The notes beneath the pieces were generated by a model that ran no database searches, was not told the DNA's origin, and saw only the letters and a program-made list of their open reading frames with translations. A stretch of 64,000 nt of DNA from Octopus sinensis (lineage: Eukaryota): contig NC_042997.1 in the NCBI RefSeq assembly GCF_006345805.1, positions 107,012,001 to 107,076,000 on the forward strand, in the 5' to 3' direction. Made by a program: the position numbers and the translations under genes. The first letter of the stretch is position 1, and each line of letters begins with the position of its first letter. Positions 24,762 to 38,339 of this stretch are shown piece after piece.

Positions 24762-27700
24762 TTAAACTGGGTTTTTGACACCCACCTTTTTCGCCACTTC
24801 CTTCCATCTTTTTCCATACACACCTCGTGGTAAGGTCTTCTTTTCCAGCCCCATTTTGCTCTTCAGATGATATCTGAAGTAAGTGAGCAAGCCGGGGCAT
24901 GAGACAAAGGATCCTATTGCGACTCCTTCCATTCTTGTACGCCACATGCATTCTTTTACTACTGCAACCGTGCAGTGAAAACATGCCTCACCTTCCTTCG
25001 AGAGTCCAGTTGGCGGTATCATCTTAATCATAGACTCAGCCGACAGCTGTACTCGTCCCAGATGCGATAACACGTGTTCTGTGTAACTTATCAAGTCTGA
25101 CAACGGCCGACAGTGTACAAAAGCGTGCTGGACGGTTTCATCGTCCAACCCGCATCTTGGACATGTCGGTGGCACTGAAATTCCGTGCCGCGATAACTTC
25201 TCGCGAACAGGTAAAGCATTCCTATAACACTGCCAGGCCAGGGATCTTTGGAAATTATCCAAATACCCCGTCCTGAAAGCCTTTTTAAACAGGTTGGTAA
25301 GTTGGTCTTCGTCGAACCCCAGAGCCCCTCCTAGAACGTCGTCGTTCTTTGCCTCTACCAGCCTGCTATAAAATACCGAGGTGGTATTTCCGCAGCCGGC
25401 CTTGCCCGCCTTGTGGATCAGCGTGAGTGCCTGTCGACACTCCTTTTGCCATAAAGTCAGATTCCGTCTTTTGATGTAACCGGGTTTAAAATTCACTAAG
25501 GAAGCCGGTCTCGGGAAAAATTCCCCTGTCAGCGGACTCCACACCTTATCACCCTCCAGGTGGTGCCAGAGATGCTTCAGCCTCAGCGCATGTCTGCGCA
25601 TCATCAACCAAGGCATTCCTAACCCACCCTTTAACGGTTCCTGGCAGCAAACGGAGCGCCTCACAAGTGGCTTTCCTCCCTTCCACAAAAAGCGGAAAAG
25701 GATTCGCTCCAACTTGCTAAGCCATGAATCGGGGCAAGGGACAACGGTCAGGCGGTAAGTGATTACAGATGCAATAAACATCTGTACCACCTCCGCTCTT
25801 CCTTTCAAGGACAGAAACCTTCCGGACCAGGTCCGTACTATGGCCTCCACCTTGCCCGTCACCTCACTCCAATTACTCTCGTTTGGGAGTCTGGCCCAAA
25901 CCAAACTCCTAGCAACTTAACAGGACCGTCTGTCCAGTGTCCCACGGCACTGGACGATATCGACTTGCTCCTCCATGTGCCGAGGCGTAAGCCAATCGAC
26001 TTGTCCTTGTTAACTTTTGCTCCTGCCACCGCCTCGTATCCTCTGATAGCATATTCTACACAAGGTAGCTGAGCCTCATTGGACACGATGAGGGTGACGT
26101 CATCCGCATAAGCAGAAACCGTCCTCCTGCCTCCGATCTCATCCGGGTTACTTCCCAGCCTCTCCAACTTTCGCAGCAATGGCTCGAGAACCAACACGTA
26201 CAAAAGTGGTGACAAGGGGCACCCTTGACGAACTGAACATTCGATCGAAAACGGTTCCGTTAGGTAACCGTTTATCTGGACGGTGGACTTGATGCCGCTA
26301 TACATTGCGGAGATCCACCCGCGAAATTCAGGGCCCAGTCCAGCCGCTTCGAGGACCGTCGCCAGGTACTTATGGTCTACCCCATCGAACGCTTTACTTT
26401 GGTCTAAATGGACCATTACCCCGCCCTTGCCGGTTAATTTACCCACCCTATCTAAGGTGTAGCGTATACGGTGAAGATTGTCCTGGATCGACCTGCCTGG
26501 AATTGCACATGTCTGTGCTTTCCCTACAAGTTTCTCCACGACAGTCGTCAACCTTTTTGCTACATTAAGTAGAGTTATGGGCCTGTAATTACTAATGTTA
26601 TCCCCCTTGCTAGGGTCTGGATTAACGTCACCACTCCCCGGCTTACAGAACTGGGAATTCTCCCGTTCTGCTGCCAGTTCGCGTAGACGCCTGCCAGTAT
26701 TCCCCCGAACAAGTCCGGTATACTTTGATAAAACTCGTAGGGCAGACCATCCAGCCCCGGCGACTTCTCCCCGGCGCATCCGGCCAGTACCCCCTCTATC
26801 TCCGCGGGAGTGATCGCTCCTTCACAGCACTCCACCTCACGCCCCGAGAGCCGCGGTCCGCCGGCTAGGAAGTCCTTTAAGGCCCTCCCCCGCTCCAGCG
26901 AACCACTACCCCCGAACGCGCAGGCGAAATGCTGGTGAAGAAACTTTTGCATCTCCTCCTGTCCATAGATCTTGTGTCCCTGTTCGTCAGTTAAAGACTT
27001 GATTGAAGCTTTGTTGCCTCTCTGACTCTCCACACGGTGGGCCCATCCGGCAACGTTAATACCTTCTCGTTTCCCTGCGCGTAGCTTAGCTCTAACTCTG
27101 CAACCTTCGTGTTTGGAGTTAAGGTGATGGTACAATACCGTCCTTGCCGCCATCACTCCGGATGCAGAGCCAGATTCCATTGCCTCGTTTAGATTCTTAA
27201 CTAAATCGTCCTCTATCCTAGACCTATCTAACCTTAGCTGATTGCTAAATCTAATGGACTCTGAACGAATGGCTCTTTTGAGGGAGTGCCACCATCTATT
27301 GTTAATGATGGTGCCACATAATGCCCTCTGTACTAACACCTTAATCCGGGTACGGAAGTCTTCACAATTCAAAATAGACTTGTTCAGCTTCCAGTACCCG
27401 GGTCCCTGTCTATGACACTTATCTAATTGCACCCTACAAGTCACAGATTTGTGATCCGTGTAAGGCACAATGTGAAACTGTGGACAACTAAACGTATCCT
27501 TATCTCTTTTCCTAACGAATATCCTATCTATATACGATCTGCGTGAGCCGTCGTTGTTACTCCACGTCCACTGTGGAACGCTCGGCTCATCCAGTCGATA
27601 ACGGTCTACTAGATTAAAGCTCTCTAGTAGACCCTTGAGGCTAGGGTTCCCCTTCCTATTGGTTGAGCCAACACTGTCGACCCGCGCTTCGAGGACAGTG

Positions 27701-28120
27701 TTAAAGTCCCCTACTAAGACTACCGTTTTCGACGTCACTAAAAAGTGCTCCAGATTCCGAAAAAAACCCCGACTGCCTACTCTCTTTCGGAGCGTAGACA
27801 GCTACCAACCTGAAGGACTGTTTACTTACGTGGGTCACATCCAGAACGACCAGCCTGCCTTCTGGGTCCAGAAAGACAGTACTTACCTGCAAGTCCAAGC
27901 TCTTCCTGATAAGGACTGCCACGCCCCTTCCTGTTCTTCGGCTAGGAGAAATAAATTTCTCGAAACCATTTAGAAGAGGCGAGAACGCTTGGGCCCCGTT
28001 CATCTTGGACTCGGTTACAATAGCTACGTCCACTCCGTGTGTCGTGAGGTCGTTCAGGAGACAAATTTGTTTCCATTTCGACCCCATTCCACGCACATTC
28101 ACACAACCCAGCTTTGCCAT
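24762..28120 (-). pseudogene. Element B ORF2 (APE-RT-CCHC)
   Basis: MAKLGCVNVRG, VGDFN, SYIDRIF, RQGCPLSPLLY, AYADDV, CPRCGLDDETVQHAFVHC. Frameshifts plus a 27-nt deletion after NYRPITLLN relative to A. Confidence 0.92.
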
Positions 28121-28147
28121 TGTCGGAGAGAGAGAAAAAAAAATAAA

Positions 28148-29584
28148 CTTACGGTTGGGACAGGGAGCATGACAGTTTAAATCTGCATGCTTCCCCTTCT
28201 TCCTCCCTTGTGGTCGTAGCTGCAGGGCTCTTAACCGGCGTTGCCATCGGGCTCTGGGTAGGTGTGGTTGCCGGGGTTATAGTAAGTTTACCCTCCAGTA
28301 TTTCGTTAGTAACGTCTCTGATAAGGTTATTTTTTAAATGTTATTGGAGTGTTTTTTCCTTCCACTCGTCTTCCTTTATTTTTGCAAAACGAGTGGTCGA
28401 CTTAGTGTCTGCAGACTTACTGAATAATTTCAGTTTTGAAAATTTAAAATACTTGAACACTCTTTCGTTTTTCTCGTCGAATGCTACAACCTTTTCATTT
28501 TTTTTAATCAATTTTTTCCAATCTTGTTTTATGGGGAGGGGCTTGGCGAACTGTGTTCCAATGAATAGTGCCGTGGGGGTGGGGCTGGGGAATTTGTTTT
28601 GTATGCATCTCTGCGAGGTTTGTAGATTTTTTCTTTGTTTGGGGAGGGGAGTCCAGGGTATTTTCTTTTTTTCTTTTGTGTGTTACCTGTGTAAATTCCA
28701 TTTGTTCATTTTTATCTTCCGTTTCGGTTCCCTTCCTTGTCGCAGTCTTGGGGTCTTTTTCCGCCTTTTCTTTTTCTGTGTTTGAAGCACATTGAGGAGG
28801 GGCTTCGCTGTTTTTCTTTTTTTTTATGCAGTTCGAGCGGACGTGACCCTTTTCACCACATTTGAAACACCTAGGTCTGCGCCCCTCCACTGACACTCTC
28901 ATTGTAATTCCCTCCTCAATAAATACCCTATCGAGTAAGTTTTCTAGCACATTATTTTCTGCTTGAACGAGGAGTTCGAGCGCTTGTCCCTTCCAGTTTA
29001 CCTCCTCTTTCCTTTTCATCTGCAGAATTGAGACTTTCTGCTCTACGTCGTGCAGAACCACCGCTGCTACCCACATTATATCATATCCTCTTGGAATGTC
29101 TTCCACATATAGTTTCGCAGTTCTTTTTCCCATATATGTAGGTAGTAACATGATGTCCTCACTTTTTAAGGTCATCGATGAAATCTCTCTTGCCACATCA
29201 GCCGAGTCGAAATGTGCTTCAACGGTAGCGCTGCGGGCACCTCGACCGACGTGGCGAATTTTGCTCCACACTGGGGTCAAGCACTTCTCTACTATTTCGT
29301 TCTTCACGTCCATTATTTTTTTCTCTTTGTTACTGTAAACCTTGTATACGACTATCTTAGCCTTTATTTCCTGTAATTTCGCTTGCGGCGGTACCAGTTT
29401 AATTTCATTGCCTTCCTTTTTTACCAAGTTCCGGTATTCGAATAACTGTTCAATTTTAAATTCTACTTCCGTTATGTTTCCGCCCACTGCGGCCGAAAAA
29501 GACTGTTTTTTTAACCTCGATATCCTTCTGTTCGTCTTTTCCCATCACGGGAAAGTCGCTCCTCGACGCCAAGTCGAACTCCAT
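28148..29584 (-). pseudogene. Element B ORF1
   Basis: ATG at 29584 (MEFDLASRSDF), +1 frameshift in an A7 run near 29510, CFKCGEKGHVRSNC knuckle, further lesions near 28500. Confidence 0.88.
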
Positions 29585-29991
29585 TTCTCAAATTATGAGA
29601 ACCAATTTTTCAATAAAAAAAAATTACCCCGAAGGTAATAACAATGTTTATACACAGAATTTTCAGCTCCATAGGGCGAAAATTACTATCACACAACGGA
29701 CAACTGTTCAATTCACGAGCAAACACAAACAACGACGAACAAAAAACGAACTCACTCAACAAAATAGGCAGCTAACTTCTCAATACGCAGATGAAAGAGG
29801 GGTCCCTAGACGAGTCAAAACACCGGTTTTCGATGAAGTGAGACCGTTTGCAAATCCTTATTTATGGTTTTTCCAGTAACTTTTCGTCACTGATTTCGAA
29901 AAACTGTCTGCAAGCAATAATAAATCTCTGAACGAGATGTAAACAGTAACTGCACGACAATGTTAGGTATACTAGCCATCTCAATATGGCT

Positions 29992-30860
29992 CTTAGTCAG
30001 TGTCTTAGTCAGCTGAGTACTTGACAGACACTGACTTTGCTGACGACATCGCTCTTATCAGTGATTCTCTCTCCAATGCCCAGTCTCTTTTACAATCTCT
30101 TGAACAAGCCTCAAATTGTGTAGGTCTTTACCTCAATGAGGCCAAGACTGAATACATAAACAAGTGCCTGTCCAACAGTGATTGCAACAGCCATACTCTC
30201 AACAATGCGCCCTTAAATATGGTTTCTGATTACAAATATCTTGGGTCATACATATCATCATCTGGAAAAGACTTTCTAACTAGAAAGGGTATGGCCTGGT
30301 CAGCCTGTAATGACATGCATAAGATCTGGTCATCAAATCTAAGTAGAGACTTCAAACTTGAAATATTCAAAGCCACAGTCGAACCAATTCTACTATATGG
30401 CTCAGAAACCTGGACGTTATCAAAGAAGCTTGAGAGGCGGTTGGATGGAACCTACACTCGCCTCCTTGTAAGAGCTCAAAATCTCTCGTGGAAGCGCCAT
30501 CCAACCAAAATGCAAATATATTATATCTTTATTCTGGGCACGATGGCCCTAATTCAGACGGGACCAAAATGCAAATATATGGGAAACTACCACCTGTGTC
30601 ATCTCTTGTGAAAGGTAAGAGAGTCCAGTTTGCTGGACATTGTTGTAGAGCTGAAAAAGAGGTAATTTCTACTCTTCTCCTCTGGAAGCCATCTACTCGC
30701 AATACCAGAGGGCGCACACTCTCCTACCCTGATGTAATCTCCAGGGATACAGGCATCCAGCAACAGGACCTCCGTAATGCCATGATGGACCGTGAAGTCT
30801 GGCGTAGCATGGTAAATTCCATTGTCTCGACCACGGTCGAACAATGATGATGATGATGAT
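29992..30860 (+). mobile_element. 5'-truncated RTE LINE with (TGA)n tail and 11-bp TSD
   Basis: DFADDIALIS, YKYLGSYI, LLYGSETWT. TCAATATGGCT duplicated at 29981-29991 and 30860-30870. Confidence 0.92.
30522..30562 (-). mobile_element. 41-bp micro-insertion with 18-bp direct repeats inside the RTE
   Basis: ACCAAAATGCAAATATAT at 30504-30521 and 30563-30580. The insert reads ...CCCAGAATAAAGATATA on the minus strand. Confidence 0.6.
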
Positions 30861-31019
30861 CAATATGGCTAACCACTAAGGGTGGGTGTTACAATAGTTA
30901 CTATTCTTACCGTTTCAACGTTGACGCCTCCCACTACATCGTATACTCTTGCATGTCTCCGCCCATTTTTGCTTCCTTCATTAACTCATACTCTTCCTCT
31001 ATTGGTAAATATATTTATT

Positions 31020-31560
31020 ATTCTCTCGCGCTCTCTCCCTCTTTATATGTCTCTCTCTCTCTTTCTCTTCGCCTCCATCTCTCATCTCATCATAAATTAC
31101 TGAATGCTTTCCCCCCCCTCCCTTGCTTTCTGTCTTAACTCCCCTGTTCTCTTTCTTATTAAACACAAATAGCATTTTCTTTCTCCCGCCCTCAAAACAT
31201 ATCCACCCAATTCTCCCTCTTTATCTCCTTTCTCTCGGTACTTCATTATATATTCATTTTAACCACTCCGGCTACCTTACTATATCGTTCACCTCATCCT
31301 CTCCCTCACTTCCTAAACGTATATATATATATATATATATATCAGTTCCCCCCTCTCTCTCTCACACACTCTCTCTTTCTTTCTCAGCACCCCATACATT
31401 TCTGTATCCCTCCCCCTCCCGTAAATTTCCCTATCTCTCGTTTTTCTTTCTTTCTCCCCCTCTCTCTCGTTCCCTTTCTTTCTCTTTTTCTCTCCTCCCC
31501 CACCTCCTTATATCTTACCCTTTCCCTCTTCCTCTCTTTTTATTTTCCAAATAAATTATA
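31020..31560. repeat. Long CT-rich low-complexity tract
   Basis: Directly visible. Confidence 0.9.
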
Positions 31561-32289
31561 TTTTCAGATTTACCTTAAAATTTCTCTCTCGCTAATTATT
31601 TTACCAGAAGCTAATTATTTAACTAACGATTAATTACATAATTACTGTGTAGTTCTTAAGTGAGGAAATTAAATATTAAGCCATTTACGGACAATTTAAG
31701 AAGCATTTATTCAAAGAATCGTCCTACACATGGTTTGACATCATGCTAGAAATAACCGCCCACTACCCTCAAATTGGCGTTGTTTTTCATACAAAATTGA
31801 AAGACAATTTAAGAAGCATTTATAAAACTTTTCCCGAATCTGGTCGGACTTATTGCTCGAATGAGAAACCAAGTGAAGAAGCGTCTATAAAACTTATTGG
31901 TGGTCTGGTATTTTACTAGAAATAACAGCCCATCACGCTATACTTTACATTGTTTTCATGAAGAACACTTTAAGAAGCTTCTGGAGAAATATAGTCCATT
32001 TGGGGATTTAATGTGATGCTAGAAATAACAGATCCTCAATAACTATTGTATTTGTTTCCATGGTGATTTTCTATTTCATATGCAAGGAATATCGACAGTA
32101 AACTGTTACTCTATGCTATAAAAAGCAGGGAAAAGGTTGGCGTCAACAAAGGTTATTAAACTATAAACACTTTAAAGAATGGAGCCAGAATGAATGAACT
32201 AATTGTTGCTGTGGATAAAACCTACAAATCAATATAAAGGGAGATAATTAGATTTAACTGTTTGTTACAGTAAATACTTCAGGAGAGGA

Positions 32290-32345
32290 AATACGCATGC
32301 GCATTGAATGTGCTTCCTACTTGATGTTTGACTTCCGGTTAAATG
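32290..32345 (+). promoter_or_regulatory. Candidate TATA-less promoter of the ZNF gene (NRF1-like and ETS/GABP sites)
   Basis: ACGCATGCGCA (32293-32303) and ACTTCCGG (32331-32338). A strong donor GTAAGT at 32469 and an acceptor TTTCAG at 35731-35736 suggest a non-coding exon 1 and a ~3.3-kb intron (inferred). Confidence 0.5.
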
Positions 32346-33259
32346 TCCTTTGAATGAATTTTATTTAATCAGCTGATAATAATAATACGTTTATAATTCT
32401 TTTAATGTATTTCTCAACCAACACATACACACATATATAAACAACACTATCCTTTATGAAACATTTGCGTAAGTATTAAACAATGAAAATATTCAATGTT
32501 TTTAATTCTGGAGACTTTCGGTTTTTGGTGCATCAATTCGTTGTTCCTCTTCCGTGTTTTATGAACGAAAGATGTGCTTGATTGTACAGGATTTGGCTGC
32601 TATTTCTTGCTACGAAAAACATATTCAATGATTTGTGCGATATTTGGTTGATATTACTAGCTATGAAAGTGAAATGTTTATTAATTGTTCGAGCTTTGAC
32701 TGCTATTTCTAGCTATGGAAGCTACCTTATGCACTGTCCGCCGTTGCCTGGTTAGTTTGTTGTGTGTTTTAGCTGAGAAATATTCTCAAATACACTCCAA
32801 CCACTGAAATGTTTACAATATTACCTGGAAACGAAATACAAAGTAGAGAGTGCAACGGGTGTAAGAAAAAAATGGGATCTATTCCATTTGACGGACAGAT
32901 TTTTAAAATCATCATTATTTATTTTTGAACTAAACACTTTGAAACTTCGGATACTGGTAGAATGTGTCACATAGAACAGGGTTTACTCTTAACGTTTTTG
33001 ACAAAACTATGTATTTTAGAAGTTATTTTGTGTTAAAGTTGTATTTGGGTAATTTTTAAGCAATCAATGACGTATATTCAGTTGAAGAAAATTACTGCTG
33101 CTGTTTGGGAAGAAGAACTTCGGGGTCTATTAACAATAAAGGAAAAAAATGGAGGGGGTGGGGGCAAAATGTCTTTCAGGAAAAAAAAAACTAAAAGCAG
33201 TAGAAATGCACGAAGGATTATGGAGGAAACATGCTTCAGATACACTCGTTGATTCATAC

Positions 33260-34098
33260 AAACGTAACTGAGATGAAATGCAGCAGTGGATCATGGACTG
33301 GCAACTCAAGCTGGCTGTGGACAAATGTACCACCATGCATTTTGTGAGGAAAAACCGAGCATCTGCTTACTCCCCTCACAACACTAATCTCAAAAAGTCT
33401 TCTTGTGAACGTGACCTGGGCGTTATTGTCGACAGCGATTTGCGTCGAACAAAACACATCGCCAAGAAGGCTGAGGGTGTCTTGGCATCACTCACCAAGT
33501 CCTTTATGACCCTCTTTCCTGCTATCTATCTGAGGCTTTATATAGCTATGGTGCAGCCTCACCTGGAATTTGTATCACCGGTCTGGAACCCCTATCTTGC
33601 CCAGGATATTAATTGTCTGGAAACTGTTCAGTGACGTGCAACTAAGAGAATACCCTCCATCAGACATTTGCCATATTCTGAACACCTTACTTCCTTGGGC
33701 ATGGATACATTGAAACTCCAACTTCTGGCGGCTGACTTGGCAGATATCCATAAAATTATTAACCATCTTACAAACAATAACTCTGAGCACCTTTTCAAAC
33801 TCCACCTGTCTAACACCCGTGGATATGCTTACAAAGTCAGAAAACAGCACAGCTTCCATGACCTGCCAGTATCAGTTGTTAGTTGTCGGAGCACTGCATC
33901 CTTCAAAACTTCCATGCTTCCTGAGATTCGCCAACACTACACCTGATTTTCTCCCCTCCATACACATGCAAGCATGTATCTGGCTCATACACTGTTCACT
34001 TCCCAGACATTTGTACATTACTGCATATGCTTTATACACACTTTTCACAACATGTGGTGCACCTGAGCACTGTATACAATGATTTCATTATTATTATT
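33260..34098 (+). mobile_element. CR1-group LINE 3' portion with (ATT)n tail
   Basis: WQLKLAVDKC, ERDLGVIVDSDL, HLEFVSPVWNPY, LPYSEHL, NTRG...KVRKQHS. Confidence 0.85.
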
Positions 34099-34257
34099 AT
34101 TCTATATATATGGGTGAATATGTATTTTAATTATACACACACATAAAAATCTGGCACACTGTCGGTTACGATGATCACAATTACCCAAAACTTCTTCATC
34201 ACTCTTCCAGTTACATTTTTCCTCTTGAAAAGAAGGCTTTCATCTACTTGGACTATA

Positions 34258-34382
34258 AGTTGTACCACTGTACAACTGAAAGGATGAAAGGCAAAGTCAA
34301 CCTGGGCGGAATTTGAACTCAGAATGTAAAGATAGATGAAATACTGCTAAGCATTTCACCCGGCATGCTAACGATTCTGTCT
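34258..34382 (-). mobile_element. tRNA-derived SINE fragment
   Basis: Reverse complement of head, B-box and central domain. Confidence 0.75.
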
Positions 34383-35229
34383 ATTTGCATAATCATATTG
34401 ATTTCATTATGCAAAAGATAGAATCGAAAGAATTTTGTAAAAATAGAAAGGTTATTCAGCATATTGTTACATCGTTACTCTGCCATTTGATATTTCTAGG
34501 TATGCAAGAGCGATATCTATGATTTGTGGGGGATTTGGCTGCTATTTCTAGCTATGGACGCTACCTTCAGCACTCCCCATAGTTGCCTGGTTTGTTTGTT
34601 GTGTGTTTTAGTTTGAGGAATATTCTGAAATACACTCCAACCACTGAAATGTTTGGAAACCAATACTTTATTGTAATCTATTGATTGTTTCTCGGTATTA
34701 CTATCGATGTGTGCCCAACCAACTAGTAATTTGTTTCCTCATAACTTTCTCAAAAATGGATAATTCAAAATAAAATTTTCTGAAAGTACGTAGTAGTATA
34801 GATAAGGATTATGTAGGAATCTGTTGTGCAAAGATAAGTATAATTGAATGGAGGTTATGGATAATTTATATACATCGACTTTATTTTCTCATACTTGTAG
34901 ATTTAAAATGAGGCAGAGTGTCAGATTAGCTCATCCACATAAGTTGGTTAATATTCGTTTTGAGGGGGATTTTTTCAAATTACCTTCACCACACATTTAA
35001 AAATGATGGTTGTGGAGAAAAAGTTACGAAAATCTGATTTCCACCTACTCATGAGACATTAAACACTGAAATAATATTATTAGCCATATTTCTGGAGAAG
35101 GACTAATATTAGTGTCCACCATTCTGTAGTTTTATTTTAAAACAATGTGAAGGTGTCAGTGCAGTTTACAATTATGTAAGCTTCACACAAGATTCTATGA
35201 TATCAGTTTTAATAAATTTAAGTGTTAAG

Positions 35230-35640
35230 TTCATCGTCATCTTTTAATGTCTGTTGTTCATATTGGCATGGTTGGATGGTTTGACCAAAGCTGGCATGCT
35301 GCAACAGACTCCAGTCTAATTTGTGATGGTTTCTACAGCTGAATGCCCTTCCTAGTGCCAACCGCCTCATGGTGCACAGGGTGTGTTTATGTGGCACCAC
35401 ACATTTACTTTAATGTGGTAGCACTTGGCATTGCACGTCTGCATTTATGAGAAACTATCACAAGCGATTTTCGTCACCAGACGCCTGAGTTTCAATACTT
35501 TAGCTGTGGAGTACAGGTTTTCTCAGTAAGCGATGTGGCAGGCATCTCAGTCTTTATCATATCACTTCTACGTGTTCCATCTGCTTTGAGAGATCAGCAC
35601 TTCTCTATAGAACTGTTAGCATCCACCTCAGTTGTTAAGG
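35230..35640 (-). mobile_element. Degraded RTE 3' end / RTE-tail SINE
   Basis: TTTCTACAGCTGAATGCCCTTCCTAGTGCCAACC matches the 3' UTR core seen at 60260-60305 and 41340-41375. Confidence 0.6.
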
Positions 35641-35884
35641 TAAATGTTTATTTCTACAGTTTATCTCAGTAGAAATGAATCTGTCTTTTTTAAGTAGCCT
35701 CTACATCTTATACGTTTTTTTTCTCTATAATTTCAGAACATCAGATGACAGAAGAAGAATCCTCAATATCTACCACCTTTTAAAGACTACAAGAAAATAT
35801 TATAGAATTGATTTCCCCTGAACACATAAGATAATATGACTGTAATATCTGTATGAATGCTTCTTTCAAGAAAGTAACCTAATT

Positions 35885-37232
<1,348 letters not shown>

Positions 37233-38339
37233 GGCGTGGTTTCTATAGTTTCGATTTTTTTTCTTTCGTTTTTGCAATATTAACCCCTGCTCCTTTCTTG
37301 ACCACTCATCCTTTCCATGATGTAGGGACCTCTATACCAAAACTCCTCCTCCTGACAGCCCTACACATTAGGCTTTCTTGAGTATTGCATCCTGTAATTA
37401 CAGCATACTGTATTTGAAATGCTTCTCTCATTCCATATTTTATGTCATCTTTTATACACAGGTATATTGTAAAGTTGTCAAATATTTACATAAACTATGA
37501 CCCCCCCCCCCCCCAAATACAAATCAGAAGAAATCGCAAAGGAAAAACATGAGGCATAAGTATAGTTTAGTGTCCCACGCCAGACTGATTCCTTGTTGGT
37601 TTCAGGATAATGGTTTCTTTAAATTCAATTTTGCAGATGTAAGTTTTGAATTGACCAAATTATAATGATTTTCATAAAGTTCAGAAACAACGTTTTGGAG
37701 GAGATTTCTCACTATCCTTTGTCAAGTCTGTACCACTTCTTCAAAATGTGAGGTTAAATTCAGTTCAGCCAAGATAACCTATGAAATATCTTTTGTTACT
37801 GTGACCAAGTGTAGCTATGAAATTTTTATAAAAATGGAACAGTAAATAGAATACTCTCTTTCTTTTACTTGACACCTGTAACAGAGGCAGGTGTCAAGTC
37901 TCAGTAATGTCACAGACATAAAGATGTGCTTTCGTCTCTTTACTTGCTGGTTGTTACACATGTAACATTTCTCTCTTATCCTCTCTACTCAGAGATATTT
38001 ACACAATGGACAACAACTACACTCTGTCTGTATTTATTAACAACTCTAAATAGTTTAGCTGATAATTCTAAACAAAAGCCAGATCACTTGTGATCTATTT
38101 CTAGTGTCCTTTATTCTATGTATGATGAATGAAACATGTGGCTTTACACATGCAGGGTGTTTGGGTTAAATTTCACAGTTTGCATAAAAGTAACATAAAC
38201 CACAGTATCCCATCCAAAAATAAAAGATCAAAAGATATGAACTAGATTATGCCGGGGAGACAGCTTCCACCATGGTCCCAGGACAGCTCTAGAACCTGGT
38301 CTATGTGTCCCTCCTTTTGTCTCTGAAAAGTTCTTCAAA

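Larger units (their letters stand above)
24511..29820 (-). mobile_element. Tx1-like non-LTR retrotransposon, element B, near full length, tandem to A
   Basis: Same architecture as A but clearly diverged. AATAAA at 24517-24522 (minus strand). Bounded by the 16-mer at 24495-24510 and 29821-29836. Confidence 0.93.
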
